A DNA stretch of 64,000 bases from Candidatus Binatia bacterium (GTDB taxonomy: Bacteria; Desulfobacterota; Binatia; UBA9968; CAXXLF01). The translations under genes and the position numbers were made by a program. Below the pieces are notes generated by a model. It worked only from the letters and a program-made list of their open reading frames with translations. It was not told the origin of the DNA and searched no databases. The DNA lies in NCBI GenBank assembly GCA_963664015.2, contig CAXXLF010000002.1, positions 1,312,001-1,376,000 of the forward strand, given 5' to 3'. Shown here piece after piece: positions 1 to 9,694 of the stretch; positions within the stretch are counted from its first letter, which is position 1, and every line of letters begins with the position of its first letter.

Positions 1-162
1 GAAATCGCCCTGGACCCCCAGACCTCGGGAGGTTTGCTCATCGCTCTGCCCGATAAACACGCCGCAAAACTGGTCAACGAACTCCACTCCAATGGCGTGG
101 CGCCCGCTACAATCGTCGGCCACGCCGTCTCCCTGCAAAAGGCCTGGGTGCGCCTTGCTTGA
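1..162 (+). CDS. selD: Selenide, water dikinase, C-terminal part (gene starts before the window)
   Basis: Frame 1 reads EIALDPQTSGGLLIALPDKHAAKLV...VRLA* (TGA 160-162). DPQTSGGLL is the SelD C-terminal motif. Not in the ORF track. Confidence 0.85.
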   Translation, partial: EIALDPQTSGGLLIALPDKHAAKLVNELHSNGVAPATIVGHAVSLQKAWVRLA

Positions 163-282
163 ACGAGCTTTTTGCCTCTTGACCCTGTCGACAAATTATT
201 ATCTAATAGTTAGCCTAAATGTGGGAGGCATGGTATTGCATGCGTTACCCTTACGATATCAATCAATTGGGAGGTTGACCTT

Positions 283-1335
283 ATGACTTCGATCGAAAAG
301 TATATTAAGCTAACGCTGATGGTGCTGTTTCTGTGGACCCTTTTGGGTGGTACTGCGCCAGCGGACGAGGGATATTACAACGGCAAGACCCTCCGGATCA
401 TTGTGACCGCTAGCGCAGGAGGCGGTACCGATACCGCCTCCCGCCTCATCGCCAGATTTCTGCCAAAGTACCTTCCTGGTCACCCCAAGGCCTTGGTCCA
501 GAACATGCCGGGAGGCGGTGGCCTGCTATCCAATAATTATTTTTACAACAAGGCCAGGTCCGACGGCACGGACCTGCTAGGATCATCTTCGTCTGGGATC
601 AGCAACTACAATCGAGGGGGCCCGCGGGTTAAGTTCAACCCCCGGGAATACAAGTATATCGGTGCCACCAACCGGGGTGGGAGCATTTTGATGATCCGTA
701 AGGACGCCAAGGCCCGCCTTACCGACCCTAATGCCAAGCCCGTAGTTGGGGGAGATACCGATGGAACCCGCAGCTGGGTGTCCATGCTCGTTTGGGGTAA
801 GGATGCCTTCAATTGGAATTACCGGCATATCGTAGGCTATTTGGGGACCTCCGAAATGATGTTGGCGTTACGGCAGGGAGAGCTCGAAATGTGGTCCACT
901 GCAAATCCTTGGATTATCGAAGATTTGCTGAAGGACGGGGTAGTAGAACTGATCGCCCAGGCCGGGTCCAAGCGCAGGAAAGACTTTGCTAATCTACCGA
1001 CCTTCTTCGAATTGCTGGGTGACAAGCGGCCCACGGGCATCTCTTTGCAGGCCTACAAGGCATGGGCCCAGCCGGCGGAAATCGATAAACCCCTGGCAGC
1101 CCACCAGGACACACCGGACAACATTTTACAGATGCTTCGCACAGCCTACGCAAAGATGGTTGTCGACAAGGATTATGTAAAGGACGCCGATAAGTTTTTT
1201 GGCTCAGGCTGGGCGGCCCTTGACGGTAAAACGACTCAGCGGATGGTTCTTGAAGTGACCGGCCTAACTCAAGAGGTCAAGGACCATACAGCCATGTTGC
1301 GCAAGAGACACGGGCTCCCTTCCGGGACACGCTAA
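283..1335 (+). CDS. tctC: Tripartite tricarboxylate transporter substrate-binding protein (TctC/Bug family)
   Basis: Signal peptide, then YYNGKTLRIIV..SAGGGTD..SR and VQNMPGGGG motifs; adjacent to tctA/tctB. Confidence 0.85.
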   Translation: MTSIEKYIKLTLMVLFLWTLLGGTAPADEGYYNGKTLRIIVTASAGGGTDTASRLIARFLPKYLPGHPKALVQNMPGGGGLLSNNYFYNKARSDGTDLLGSSSSGISNYNRGGPRVKFNPREYKYIGATNRGGSILMIRKDAKARLTDPNAKPVVGGDTDGTRSWVSMLVWGKDAFNWNYRHIVGYLGTSEMMLALRQGELEMWSTANPWIIEDLLKDGVVELIAQAGSKRRKDFANLPTFFELLGDKRPTGISLQAYKAWAQPAEIDKPLAAHQDTPDNILQMLRTAYAKMVVDKDYVKDADKFFGSGWAALDGKTTQRMVLEVTGLTQEVKDHTAMLRKRHGLPSGTR

Positions 1336-1389
1336 TACCGCAGCTATTGGCTATCGGATAGTTTTCAGAGAGGCCGTAGGGTTTAGAGG

Positions 1390-2877
1390 TTGATTGAAGC
1401 AGCTATTGACGGATTGTTAGGTATTCTTACCTTTCAGTCGCTGGCCATGATGACCTTTGGGGTACTGGTTGGCAGCGTCGTGGGATTCCTACCGGGCATC
1501 GGCGGACCCACAACGTTGGCCATCATGCTTCCCTTCGTCATGACCATGACAGACCCGATGATGGTCATCGCCCTTCTGGTCGGGATAGACGCAGTAGGCA
1601 ACACGGCCAGTGCTTTTACCTCTATCCTGATTTCCGTACCCGGAGGTGCCGGATCCCAGGCTACCATTATCGATGGATACCCCCTCGCTCAAAAGGGCCA
1701 GGCCGCCAGGGCCCTGAGTGCCTCCTTTATGGCCTCCCTGATAGGCGGCTTCATAGGTCCGATTGTTCTCATTGCTTCGCTCCCCATTCTCCGTCCCTTG
1801 GTCCTTTCGTTTGGCTCACCCGAGTTCTTTGTGTTGACGCTCTGGGGTCTCACCATGGTCGCCGTCTTGAGCGGCAATACTCCCGTCAAAGGTCTAGCGG
1901 CAGGAATCATTGGGGTGCTGATCGCCACCATCGGCCTGGACCCCAAGTCCGGGACCGGACGCTATGACTTCGATGCGCCCTATCTATGGAGCGGCATCAG
2001 CCTTATCATCGTAGCCCTCGGAATCTTTGGCATCCCCGAGGTGATGGCCCTGGCCAGCCGAAAAACTAGCATCGCCAAAAGCCAGGACTTGGGCGAGGGC
2101 TTCATGGAGGGGATTTGGGATACTTTCCGCCACTGGTGGCTCGTTATTCGATGCTCAATGATCGGCGCTTGGGTGGGCTTCCTTCCCGGACTCGGCAGTT
2201 CCGTGGCGGATTGGTTCGCCTACGCCCATGCCGTACAAACCGAAAAGAACAAGGAGAATTTTGGCAAGGGGGATATCCGCGGGGTCATCGCCCCAGAGGC
2301 ATCGAATAACTCCAAGGAAGCGGGAAGCTATATCCCGACTCTGGCCTTCGGTATTCCAGGCGGCACCTCCACGGCGCTGATCCTAACCGCGTTCATTGCC
2401 GTGGGAATCAGGCCGGGACCCCAGATGCTGACCACCCAACTAAATCTAACCTTCGCCGTCATTTGGACCCTGGTGATCGCCAACATCCTTGCCGTCGCCA
2501 TCTGCATGGCATTGACCAAACCTCTGGCCAAGGCCTGCTTCCTCCCCTTTTATACCGTCGTCCCCGTGATTGCGGTTTTCGTATTCATAGGGGCCTTTGC
2601 CGCGCACTTTACCAACTACGATCTTGTAGCGTTGCTGATCTTTTCCTTGCTGGGATTCATGATGAGGCGACACGGCTGGCCTCGCCCGCCCTTGCTCCTG
2701 GGGGTCGTATTGGGAACTAAGATGGAGACCTACCTCTGGCTCTCCTATGCCCGTTATGGTCTTGAGTGGCTCTGGCGTCCCTGGGTGATCCTCCTCCTGG
2801 GTCTGGTAGTTCTCTCACTGGTCATGCCCATCATCAAAGAACGGCGAGAGCGGAGGCAAAAGGTAGCTACCGCCTAA
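1390..2877 (+). CDS. tctA: Tripartite tricarboxylate transporter permease TctA
   Basis: GFLPGIG, DGYPLAQKG, FGSPEFF, GVIAPEASNN and IPTLAFGIPG motifs; multi-pass hydrophobic. Confidence 0.92.
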   Translation: MIEAAIDGLLGILTFQSLAMMTFGVLVGSVVGFLPGIGGPTTLAIMLPFVMTMTDPMMVIALLVGIDAVGNTASAFTSILISVPGGAGSQATIIDGYPLAQKGQAARALSASFMASLIGGFIGPIVLIASLPILRPLVLSFGSPEFFVLTLWGLTMVAVLSGNTPVKGLAAGIIGVLIATIGLDPKSGTGRYDFDAPYLWSGISLIIVALGIFGIPEVMALASRKTSIAKSQDLGEGFMEGIWDTFRHWWLVIRCSMIGAWVGFLPGLGSSVADWFAYAHAVQTEKNKENFGKGDIRGVIAPEASNNSKEAGSYIPTLAFGIPGGTSTALILTAFIAVGIRPGPQMLTTQLNLTFAVIWTLVIANILAVAICMALTKPLAKACFLPFYTVVPVIAVFVFIGAFAAHFTNYDLVALLIFSLLGFMMRRHGWPRPPLLLGVVLGTKMETYLWLSYARYGLEWLWRPWVILLLGLVVLSLVMPIIKERRERRQKVATA

Positions 2878-2883
2878 AAACCC

Positions 2884-3387
2884 TTGTTGATGCTTATGGA
2901 AGAAAACACCAAAGGAAAAATCGAGAAGATCCTATTCACGTTGTTCATTACCTGCGTTTTCATCGTGGCGTTGAAAATGTCATGGAACTGGCCTGTCCGA
3001 GCAGCCATTATTATCTGGGTGCTCGGGGGAGCAGGGTTGGTGGCGACTCTTTACCAGCTGGGTACGGACTTCAAGTCGATTTTCAGTGAGCCTGCCAAAG
3101 TTGAGGGGATGGCCTTCGAGGCGCCTCTTCCCGAGGTGGGCGATTCCCGTTGGGGTAATCTGGAAATCTGGTCCTGGTTAATAGGTTTATTTGTGGTGAT
3201 CCTTCTCGTCGGTTTCCCCATCGCCGTACCCCTCTTCGTATTTGCCTATGCCAAGTTTTACGGCTCCCGTTGGATCACTGCCATTATCATGTCAGGCGTA
3301 TCGTGGGGATTTATTTACGGAGTCTTCGAGGAGACCCTCCACGTTCGCTGGCCCGAGCCCTTTCTTTACAGGCTTTTTACCTCGTAA
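2884..3387 (+). CDS. tctB: Tripartite tricarboxylate transporter small subunit TctB
   Basis: About 4-5 TM segments, ends YGVFEETLHVRWP; follows tctA. Confidence 0.75.
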   Translation: MLMLMEENTKGKIEKILFTLFITCVFIVALKMSWNWPVRAAIIIWVLGGAGLVATLYQLGTDFKSIFSEPAKVEGMAFEAPLPEVGDSRWGNLEIWSWLIGLFVVILLVGFPIAVPLFVFAYAKFYGSRWITAIIMSGVSWGFIYGVFEETLHVRWPEPFLYRLFTS

Positions 3388-3515
3388 CCTACCGTGGTCA
3401 ATGCCATCGCCCCCTCCTCCTCATCGCCTGTTTCCTTGACAGGTTAGAGGCCAAGTGATATTTCGCCTGAGGATTAGACCCTTTGGCACGGTAAAACTGT
3501 TAACAAGGAGGCGAC

Positions 3516-3966
3516 ATGGCTTTAGGGACAACTGAGATTATGAAGAGTATCACCCAAAAACCTTCGGGCGAATCCCTGCTCCAGACCCACGACCTGCATA
3601 CCTTTGTCCAAGAGTACGAGCGGGGCCTATCCCAACGAGGTGGTACACATCCAGAAACCCATCAACGGCAAATGGGAGATCACCGCTCTGACCATGAAGC
3701 TGGAGCGGGAAAAGCGGTTCCCCTTGCTGGTCTTCCACAACGTCCTCATTGACGGCAAGCGCTCGGAAAGGCCGCGCATGACCTTTACGATGGCAAGCCG
3801 CCTCAGGCTCGCCCGCGCCATGGGAGTTACGGTCCAGGAGGCCGGGATAAACTGCTTCGAACGGGTGCAGCGGCGTGTGAAACCCGTGGTGGTCTCCCGC
3901 AGGGAAGCTCCCATCAAACAAGTGATCGAAGAAGGGGCAATCCGACCCATTGCCCCCTCCTTTTAG
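3516..3966 (+). pseudogene. UbiD-family decarboxylase N-terminal fragment, frameshifted and truncated
   Basis: DLHTFVQEYER joins AYPNEVVHIQKPI..WEITAL..LEREKRFPLLVFHNV..ASRLRLARAMG..PVVVSRREAPIKQV across a +1 shift in the G run near 3621-3626. Only about 150 codons of a ~450-500 aa family are present. Confidence 0.7.
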
Positions 3967-3985
3967 TTACTTGAGATCGAGAAAT

Positions 3986-4279
3986 TTACCAGCGCTCACG
4001 CCCACCACCTCCCCCAGCATTATCCCGCTTTACCATGGGTTTCGCCTCATTGACCACCAGGGTACGACCATCCAGCTGCGTGCCGTTCAGACCATCGATG
4101 GCTTTCTGCCCCTCTTCCCCTGAACTCATTTCGACGAAGCCGAAGCCTCGGGATTGCCCGGTGAATTTATCCGAGATCACCTTTGCCGATTCTACGGTAC
4201 CGTGCGCTGCAAATATTTCCTGAAGCTGCCCTTCGGTTACCGAATACGGCAAGCCCCCAACATACAATTTGTTATTCAT
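3986..4279 (-). CDS. RRM (RNP) RNA-binding protein with Gly-rich tail
   Basis: RNP2 LYVGGL, RNP1 RGFGFVEM, C-terminal GGGGGRERW; RBS AGGAGG. Confidence 0.95.
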   Translation of the reverse strand: MNNKLYVGGLPYSVTEGQLQEIFAAHGTVESAKVISDKFTGQSRGFGFVEMSSGEEGQKAIDGLNGTQLDGRTLVVNEAKPMVKRDNAGGGGGRERW

Positions 4280-4511
4280 GTTCTCCTCCTTAATGAGAGA
4301 TTGGTAGTGTCTTTGACCCTGAGAACCTGACTGCTAATGGGAGCAGAACATGGGGAGCTTAGTAATTAAAACCACGCTCTGGTCGGTTTATCCTTTAGAT
4401 ATCGTTTCGCAAGGAGAGACTGATTTAGGCCTTCACCTATTGTGTTGTCTTCCTTCAGAAGGCCTTATACTGAAGTACTACCTTGATCCCTATTCTGATT
4501 CCGTATTCATG

Positions 4512-4973
4512 TCAACCACCTTTTCTTCTTTTCTGGGCGGCTAGCTTTTTGAGCAGACGCTTTCGTTCCTTAACGCAAGTCGGCTGCCTGTCCTTAGCAG
4601 TTTTCATCTCCGTAGTCTTGCAAGCTAAGCAGGACGGACAAATCCATGCGCCGCATTGACAGCGGCCTCCCGACTTGTCCATGAGGCCAGGCTTGCTGTT
4701 GAAAGGGGCCTGACAACGCGAGCAAACAATATCCACAACCGCTTCCAGAATTTCCAAATCCTCGGCCGGCGCGATGCGCCGTAGTAACTCCCCCGCGATC
4801 GCCACACGATATTGAAACAATTGCTTCCCGCTGAGTTTTTCCAGTGACTCTCCTGCCACGGTGAAACAGGTTTTAATCTCAGTTGTGCCGTCAATCCGTC
4901 CTTCGTATCCTACCACGTTGTGCCGAATCAGTGTTCCGTCCCGCAATTTGATTTGTTCTATTCTTTCTGACAT
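4512..4973 (-). CDS. Hypothetical protein: N-terminal SH3/YccV-like barrel plus Cys-rich Zn finger
   Basis: GTLIRHNVVGYEGRIDG N-terminus; CxxC...CxCGAWICxxCxxC...C; basic tail; RBS GAGG. Confidence 0.65.
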   Translation of the reverse strand: MSERIEQIKLRDGTLIRHNVVGYEGRIDGTTEIKTCFTVAGESLEKLSGKQLFQYRVAIAGELLRRIAPAEDLEILEAVVDIVCSRCQAPFNSKPGLMDKSGGRCQCGAWICPSCLACKTTEMKTAKDRQPTCVKERKRLLKKLAAQKRRKGG

Positions 4974-5001
4974 CGCAACCTCGCTAAATTGAAAGGGTGA
5001 T

Positions 5002-5034
5002 AGCCCCCGACTCGTTTAATAAGCGGTGGGGGCT
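5002..5034 (-). terminator. GC-rich hairpin between the sigma paralog and the Zn-finger gene (terminator or leader structure)
   Basis: AGCCCCC...GGGGGCT inverted repeat; only a weak U-tract follows on the minus strand. Confidence 0.4.
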
Positions 5035-5156
5035 GACCAGGAAGACATTGGGTTTAACAGAATCGTCGCACTTTGTCATTCTTAACCTCACTAGGGAATC
5101 CGGAATGTTTCATTTTCCATATGCTCTCTTTAAGCTGCCAGGCTTGACCTGTAACC

Positions 5157-6710
5157 TTACCGGGTAGTTGTCGTGCCGGCCTTAAGGGCGGCCATTCCCC
5201 GCGAATTGCGGAGCTTTCTTAGGGCCGTGGCCTCAATTTGGCGTATTCTTTCCCGGGTGACGCCAAAGACCTTCCCCGTCTCCTCTAGTGTATAATCCGA
5301 TTTTTCTCTGATTCCAAATCGCATGCGGATTATCTTCTCTTCCCTAGGGCTGAGTTTCGTGAGGATTCTTCGCGTCTCCTCTTGAATGTTAAGATCTGTA
5401 ACCGTTTCCTCAGGGTCAGGAGAATGCTCATCCCTGATGAAATCCCCTAGACAGCTCTCTGCTTCATCACCGATGGGCGCTTCCAGAGAAACCGGTTCTT
5501 TTACCAAGTTGAAAATTATCTGTACCTTGTCCAAGGGTACTGCCATTGCAGCCGCAATTTCCTCAAGAGCGGGCCTACGGTCAAGTTGGCGGTTGAGGTA
5601 ACCCGCTGTTTGGGTGAATTTCTTTTCCAGTTCAACCATATGGACTGGGATACGAATGGTACGAGAGTGGTCAGAAAGGGCCCGGGTAATGGCCTGGCGT
5701 ATCCACCAGCTTGCATAGGTTGAGAATCTAAATCCCAGCCGATAATTGAATTTTTCCACGGCCTTCATAAGGCCGATGTTTCCTTCCTGGATTAGGTCGA
5801 GAAAGTGGAGCCCCCCCCCCGCATACTTTTTCGCAATGGCCACTACGAGACGGAGGTTAGCCGCGGCGAAGTGATTCTTCGCCAGAGCACCCTGGGCCTT
5901 TTTGTTAAGAATGGCTCCCAGCCTCTGCTCAATCTCTTGCGCGGGCATACCCATCTCTTTCTCGATGATTCGAATCGCTATCCTTTTTTCATTTCCCTTA
6001 AACTTCTGTTTTAGTTCTTTGAGCCTCTCGTTAATCTGTTGATGCCTCTGAATAATCATTTCGATCTGGTCGCGGCCAAGCGGCAGAGCCTTAATGAGGG
6101 TAGCAATCTTTTCCTTCTGCCGGAGAATTTTTACATCGATCTGCTTTCGGTCCCCTTCACTTATTTGCTTTTCCAGGCGCCTTATCATGCCTTCATGAGC
6201 CCTGGCCCGATATTGGAGTTTGCTGATTTGGGTCCCAAAGCGAGTTTTCAGGAGTTTTTCATGTGCAACGACATCTGCCGGTGTCTCGCCTGGATCTTTC
6301 ACCACATCACGCACGTTCACCAAACCTGCAGCAATCTTTTCACCCAGATCGAGCGCCCAATTCAAGGCTAGAAGGGAAGATAAGGCCTCTCCGGCGATCT
6401 TTACCTCACAGTCCTCGATTTCTTGGGCCAGTTTTACTTCTTCTTCACGGCTCAGGAGGGGAATCGATCTCAATTCCTGGAGATAAGTAGCAACCGGGTC
6501 ATTTGCCTTACCCGTGTGATCATTTTCGAAGACTGCCCCCGCCTCTTTTCCATCGGAAACTTCCACTGTCTGGCCTTCTGGGATGGGCATTTGCTCTGGA
6601 CCCCAGATTTCTTCATTGGGGTGCCCGTGTAAATCCACATCTGGCGACTGCTCCGCCTGCTCCGGGAAAAGGTTGGATCCTTCTCGACCACTGGGGACGT
6701 TGTTATTCAT
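5157..6710 (-). CDS. RpoD-like sigma-70 factor paralog lacking region 1.1
   Basis: Region 1.2 [20 protein letters not shown], an NCR, region 2 [45 protein letters not shown], region 4.2 [20 protein letters not shown]. It diverges from canonical RpoD and has no dnaG context. Confidence 0.92.
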   Translation of the reverse strand: MNNNVPSGREGSNLFPEQAEQSPDVDLHGHPNEEIWGPEQMPIPEGQTVEVSDGKEAGAVFENDHTGKANDPVATYLQELRSIPLLSREEEVKLAQEIEDCEVKIAGEALSSLLALNWALDLGEKIAAGLVNVRDVVKDPGETPADVVAHEKLLKTRFGTQISKLQYRARAHEGMIRRLEKQISEGDRKQIDVKILRQKEKIATLIKALPLGRDQIEMIIQRHQQINERLKELKQKFKGNEKRIAIRIIEKEMGMPAQEIEQRLGAILNKKAQGALAKNHFAAANLRLVVAIAKKYAGGGLHFLDLIQEGNIGLMKAVEKFNYRLGFRFSTYASWWIRQAITRALSDHSRTIRIPVHMVELEKKFTQTAGYLNRQLDRRPALEEIAAAMAVPLDKVQIIFNLVKEPVSLEAPIGDEAESCLGDFIRDEHSPDPEETVTDLNIQEETRRILTKLSPREEKIIRMRFGIREKSDYTLEETGKVFGVTRERIRQIEATALRKLRNSRGMAALKAGTTTTR

Positions 6711-6880
6711 AACTATCTCTTTGAGAAAACACGTTTTTAACGGGAACCACTAGGCCAAGTTCATACGGAAATCAGCCAATATCTCGTCTACTTAGTTTAG
6801 TAAGGTTAAGAATTTTAGGGTTACTTAAAGGATTTCAGCTAACTGACCCGGGAGTGATACGCATACCTATAATAATAGAT

Positions 6881-6909
6881 ATTTTATATGAATTAACTAA
6901 TTTTGTCAA
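6881..6909 (-). promoter_or_regulatory. Near-consensus sigma70 promoter for the sigma paralog
   Basis: Minus strand TTGACA (6909-6904), 17 nt spacer, TAAAAT (6886-6881). Confidence 0.7.
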
Positions 6910-6979
6910 GTTAAGTCTTTACAGGTCCAAGGAGATATAGTAAAAATAACAAATAACAGTTAAGCGCATATCAAAACAT

Positions 6980-7852
6980 ATGAATATCACGTACTTAATT
7001 AAGCATCGCCTGGAGGAATTAGGCCACGAACAGAGGGATTTGGCTGCTGCGGCGAATGTTACAGAGTCCTATATCTCCCAGTTACTTAACGGAAAGAAGG
7101 CTCTTCCCGCCCCCAATCGGTCGGACATTTATGAGAAAATCGAGCCCCTTCTCAAACTCCCACCTGGAAAACTGGCAAAGCTAGCCAACCTGCAGCGCAA
7201 AGAGGAGCTCAAAAGAACGATCGAAGAACCGGCCCGACCCTTGTTTCAAGAAATCCGAGAGCTGATTCTACGAAAATGCAGGGCCGATAAGGCAAAGCAA
7301 CTCCTCCCTATTTTCGAGAAGGAACCCTTCAGCGAGATCGAGCGGCTAATCACACAAAAGCTTTTAGAGGTAGCCAAGGGAATAGCCAAGGAGGAATGGA
7401 AAAACGAGAATTGGCTCCGGGTAGTTGCACAAATGAACCACAAAAGCCACGAGGAGATGCGGGTAATCGTTTTGGAGTTTCTGGACACCGATATCTTCGA
7501 CCTCTCGGTACCGAACTTCGTCTATTTCTTGGACCCGCTCATTGAATCCTGGGACATCGATCTTGTGACCTTTGGAATGAAGATCGTTTTGGCCACTGAA
7601 CTGGGCCGTGAACGCATAAAACAGTTTGAATTTGTGGAACGGGAATCTGAGCCTGAAATAGACGAACAGCCCGGGCTTAAAGATTTTCTTAAGGACGCGT
7701 CCCTGAGCAGAGACGCCACCTTAGAGGAAGTCGCCTTCCTCAAGCAGCTAAGATTTAAGTTTGAGGGCAAAATGCCCACCGCGCTTTATTACTATCGGGA
7801 GCTGCAGAACCTACGAGACCCCCTACATTTCCAGCTTGAGGGATCTAGGTAA
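6980..7852 (+). CDS. XRE-family HTH regulator with long C-terminal domain
   Basis: N-terminal HTH RLEELGHEQRDLAAAANVTESYISQLLNGK, followed by about 230 aa ending YYYRELQNLRDPLHF; divergent from the sigma gene. Confidence 0.85.
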   Translation: MNITYLIKHRLEELGHEQRDLAAAANVTESYISQLLNGKKALPAPNRSDIYEKIEPLLKLPPGKLAKLANLQRKEELKRTIEEPARPLFQEIRELILRKCRADKAKQLLPIFEKEPFSEIERLITQKLLEVAKGIAKEEWKNENWLRVVAQMNHKSHEEMRVIVLEFLDTDIFDLSVPNFVYFLDPLIESWDIDLVTFGMKIVLATELGRERIKQFEFVERESEPEIDEQPGLKDFLKDASLSRDATLEEVAFLKQLRFKFEGKMPTALYYYRELQNLRDPLHFQLEGSR

Positions 7853-7991
7853 TAAAAGGGTTGCCCATCGATTGGCAGAGGTAAAAGTTTGTCTGTTCCA
7901 GAATTTATTTTGCAATTGTCTTTCTGGCAATCGGCCTAAACGGTGTCCAGATATTTAAAAAATAACAATGAAGGGATGAAGGAGCCAGGAC

Positions 7992-8309
7992 ATGAACGAT
8001 GTTGATAAACGGTTGTTTGTGGGGGTCAAAGTCTCACCGAAGCTACAGAGAGAATTGGACAACTGCGCCCGCGGGACCGAGCGCTACTTTAGAGAAGATA
8101 GACCGGAGTATCTCCAGGTAGTGACCCTGGGGGAGGAAAAGCTTATTGGAAAGTTCTTGCGAGACGGCTTCCCCGTAAATGACATCGACAATGTCAGCCG
8201 TAATGTCCACAGCATCATCGCACTGGTTACATCAGGCTACCGGATAGAGGCGGATTCTATCCGGATATACGCCGACTCAACAGCACCTGTTTCACTCCGA
8301 CTTCCGTGA
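7992..8309 (+). CDS. Hypothetical protein
   Basis: 105 aa ORF with AAGGAG RBS and protein-like composition. Confidence 0.7.
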   Translation: MNDVDKRLFVGVKVSPKLQRELDNCARGTERYFREDRPEYLQVVTLGEEKLIGKFLRDGFPVNDIDNVSRNVHSIIALVTSGYRIEADSIRIYADSTAPVSLRLP

Positions 8310-8424
8310 TCGCTCTAAAGCGAAATAACTCTTGGGGGAACGGGCTCGCCATATCCAAGACTGAGGTATTCAAATCTGAGATTGCCTTTCAATTGATATC
8401 GATAGCTTTCATAAGGAATATTAA

Positions 8425-9012
8425 ATGATGCTGGACATCGGAAATAAAGTTGTTTATCCGAGTTACGGTCCCTGTCGCATTGGCGCTGTAGTCATAAAAG
8501 AAATCGGTGGGAGAAGGACAAGCTTCTACCCGTTGGCCGTCATGGACGACAGCGGCAACGTGTTATTTGTCCCTGTGGACAAGGTGAAGACCCTGGGTAT
8601 CCGCCGGCTAATGGAAAAATCCGAGGTTCTCAAGCTGTTAAGTCAACTTCATCGGGGAACCCAGACAGCGATCCAACCCACCAAGGCTATGAACTGGAAG
8701 CAGCGTGCCATCGATAACTCGGCGCTGTTAGCCTCCGGTTCCGCATTTGATCTCGCTAAGCTCATTGCATCATTAACTGAGATGAACGAGACAAAGGCGT
8801 TATCACCGCGCGACCGCCAGGTCCTGGATAAGGCAAGAAATAATCTGATTTGCGAGATTTCTGAGGTAACAGGAGAGTCCGAAGGTGTGGCAGAGGGACA
8901 GCTAGACGACGCTCTCAATGTTAAGAAAGGAAAGGTGGGGAATTCAGAAAGATACAATCTAGAAAGTAATGGTTCCCCAGTCAATTTCCGTATGAAGAAG
9001 CATACCGCATAG
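8425..9012 (+). CDS. CarD/CdnL-family RNA polymerase-binding transcription factor (paralog)
   Basis: IGNKVVYPSYGPCRI, LFVPV....LGIR, NWKQR (conserved CarD Trp) and LDKARNNLICEISEV. Confidence 0.88.
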   Translation: MMLDIGNKVVYPSYGPCRIGAVVIKEIGGRRTSFYPLAVMDDSGNVLFVPVDKVKTLGIRRLMEKSEVLKLLSQLHRGTQTAIQPTKAMNWKQRAIDNSALLASGSAFDLAKLIASLTEMNETKALSPRDRQVLDKARNNLICEISEVTGESEGVAEGQLDDALNVKKGKVGNSERYNLESNGSPVNFRMKKHTA

Positions 9013-9102
9013 TCGTTTGAGATCACTGTCAGCACGGCCTAACCATGAAAAGAAAGTAGCTCCTCTGATACGGCTAAGGGACCAAATGGCGGGGAACGAA
9101 AA

Positions 9103-9330
9103 ATGAAAAACAGCATTACATACAAAGACTGCCTTATACAGGGCGAATCATTTCAACGAGAGAAAAATGGGACTTGGCTTCCCCAATATTCCTTGACGCG
9201 CCACGAGAGCGGAAGTAGGGGGGGCGGCTTTCCATCATACCAATACCAATTTAATGAAGCTTTCCCGACTGAAAGTGAAGCCGACAAGTATGCCCTAAAA
9301 CAAGCCAGGGAATGGATTGATAGGAACTGA
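9103..9330 (+). CDS. Small hypothetical protein (CV_2116-like pattern)
   Basis: TYKDCLI...W.P...F.TESEADKYALKQAREWID pattern. Confidence 0.6.
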   Translation: MKNSITYKDCLIQGESFQREKNGTWLPQYSLTRHESGSRGGGFPSYQYQFNEAFPTESEADKYALKQAREWIDRN

Positions 9331-9494
9331 ACAAGGGTTGGCTGGCACCTATTACCACAAACACAGGGTTCAAAGGTTGATACCGCAGCCGTTTGAATTC
9401 GAACTTTTAGGCTGACCGTCCGAATGGCCGAACGGTGCGCGAGCCTCAGCCACTGAAGCAAGACTTCTATCGAAGAAGCGGAGAGTAACCGATA

Positions 9495-9599
9495 CTATCG
9501 GGCGTTTCCTTTTTTGGCCCTTTTCTCTGCCCTTTTTTCCATCAAGCTTTTCTGTGGTTTTTTTTTGTCCTGTTTTTTAGTGTCTTTGCCTTTACTCAT
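9495..9599 (-). CDS. 34-aa Lys-rich small basic protein
   Basis: MSKGKDTKKQDKKKPQKSLMEKRAEKRAKKGNAR*, AGGAG RBS upstream; below the ORF-track length cutoff. Confidence 0.7.
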   Translation of the reverse strand: MSKGKDTKKQDKKKPQKSLMEKRAEKRAKKGNAR

Positions 9600-9694
9600 G
9601 TTCGCTGCTCCTTCTGTCTGAGTTTGATAGGCTGCACGGAGAAATCACCCATCACCTATCGATCTTTCACGCCTTAAGCACCCACATCGCTTCA

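Noticed and set aside
5157-6710. Calling this the primary rpoD
   Set aside because: It lacks region 1.1, has substitutions in normally near-invariant positions (DHSRT, EATALRK), and sits in an accessory context without dnaG.
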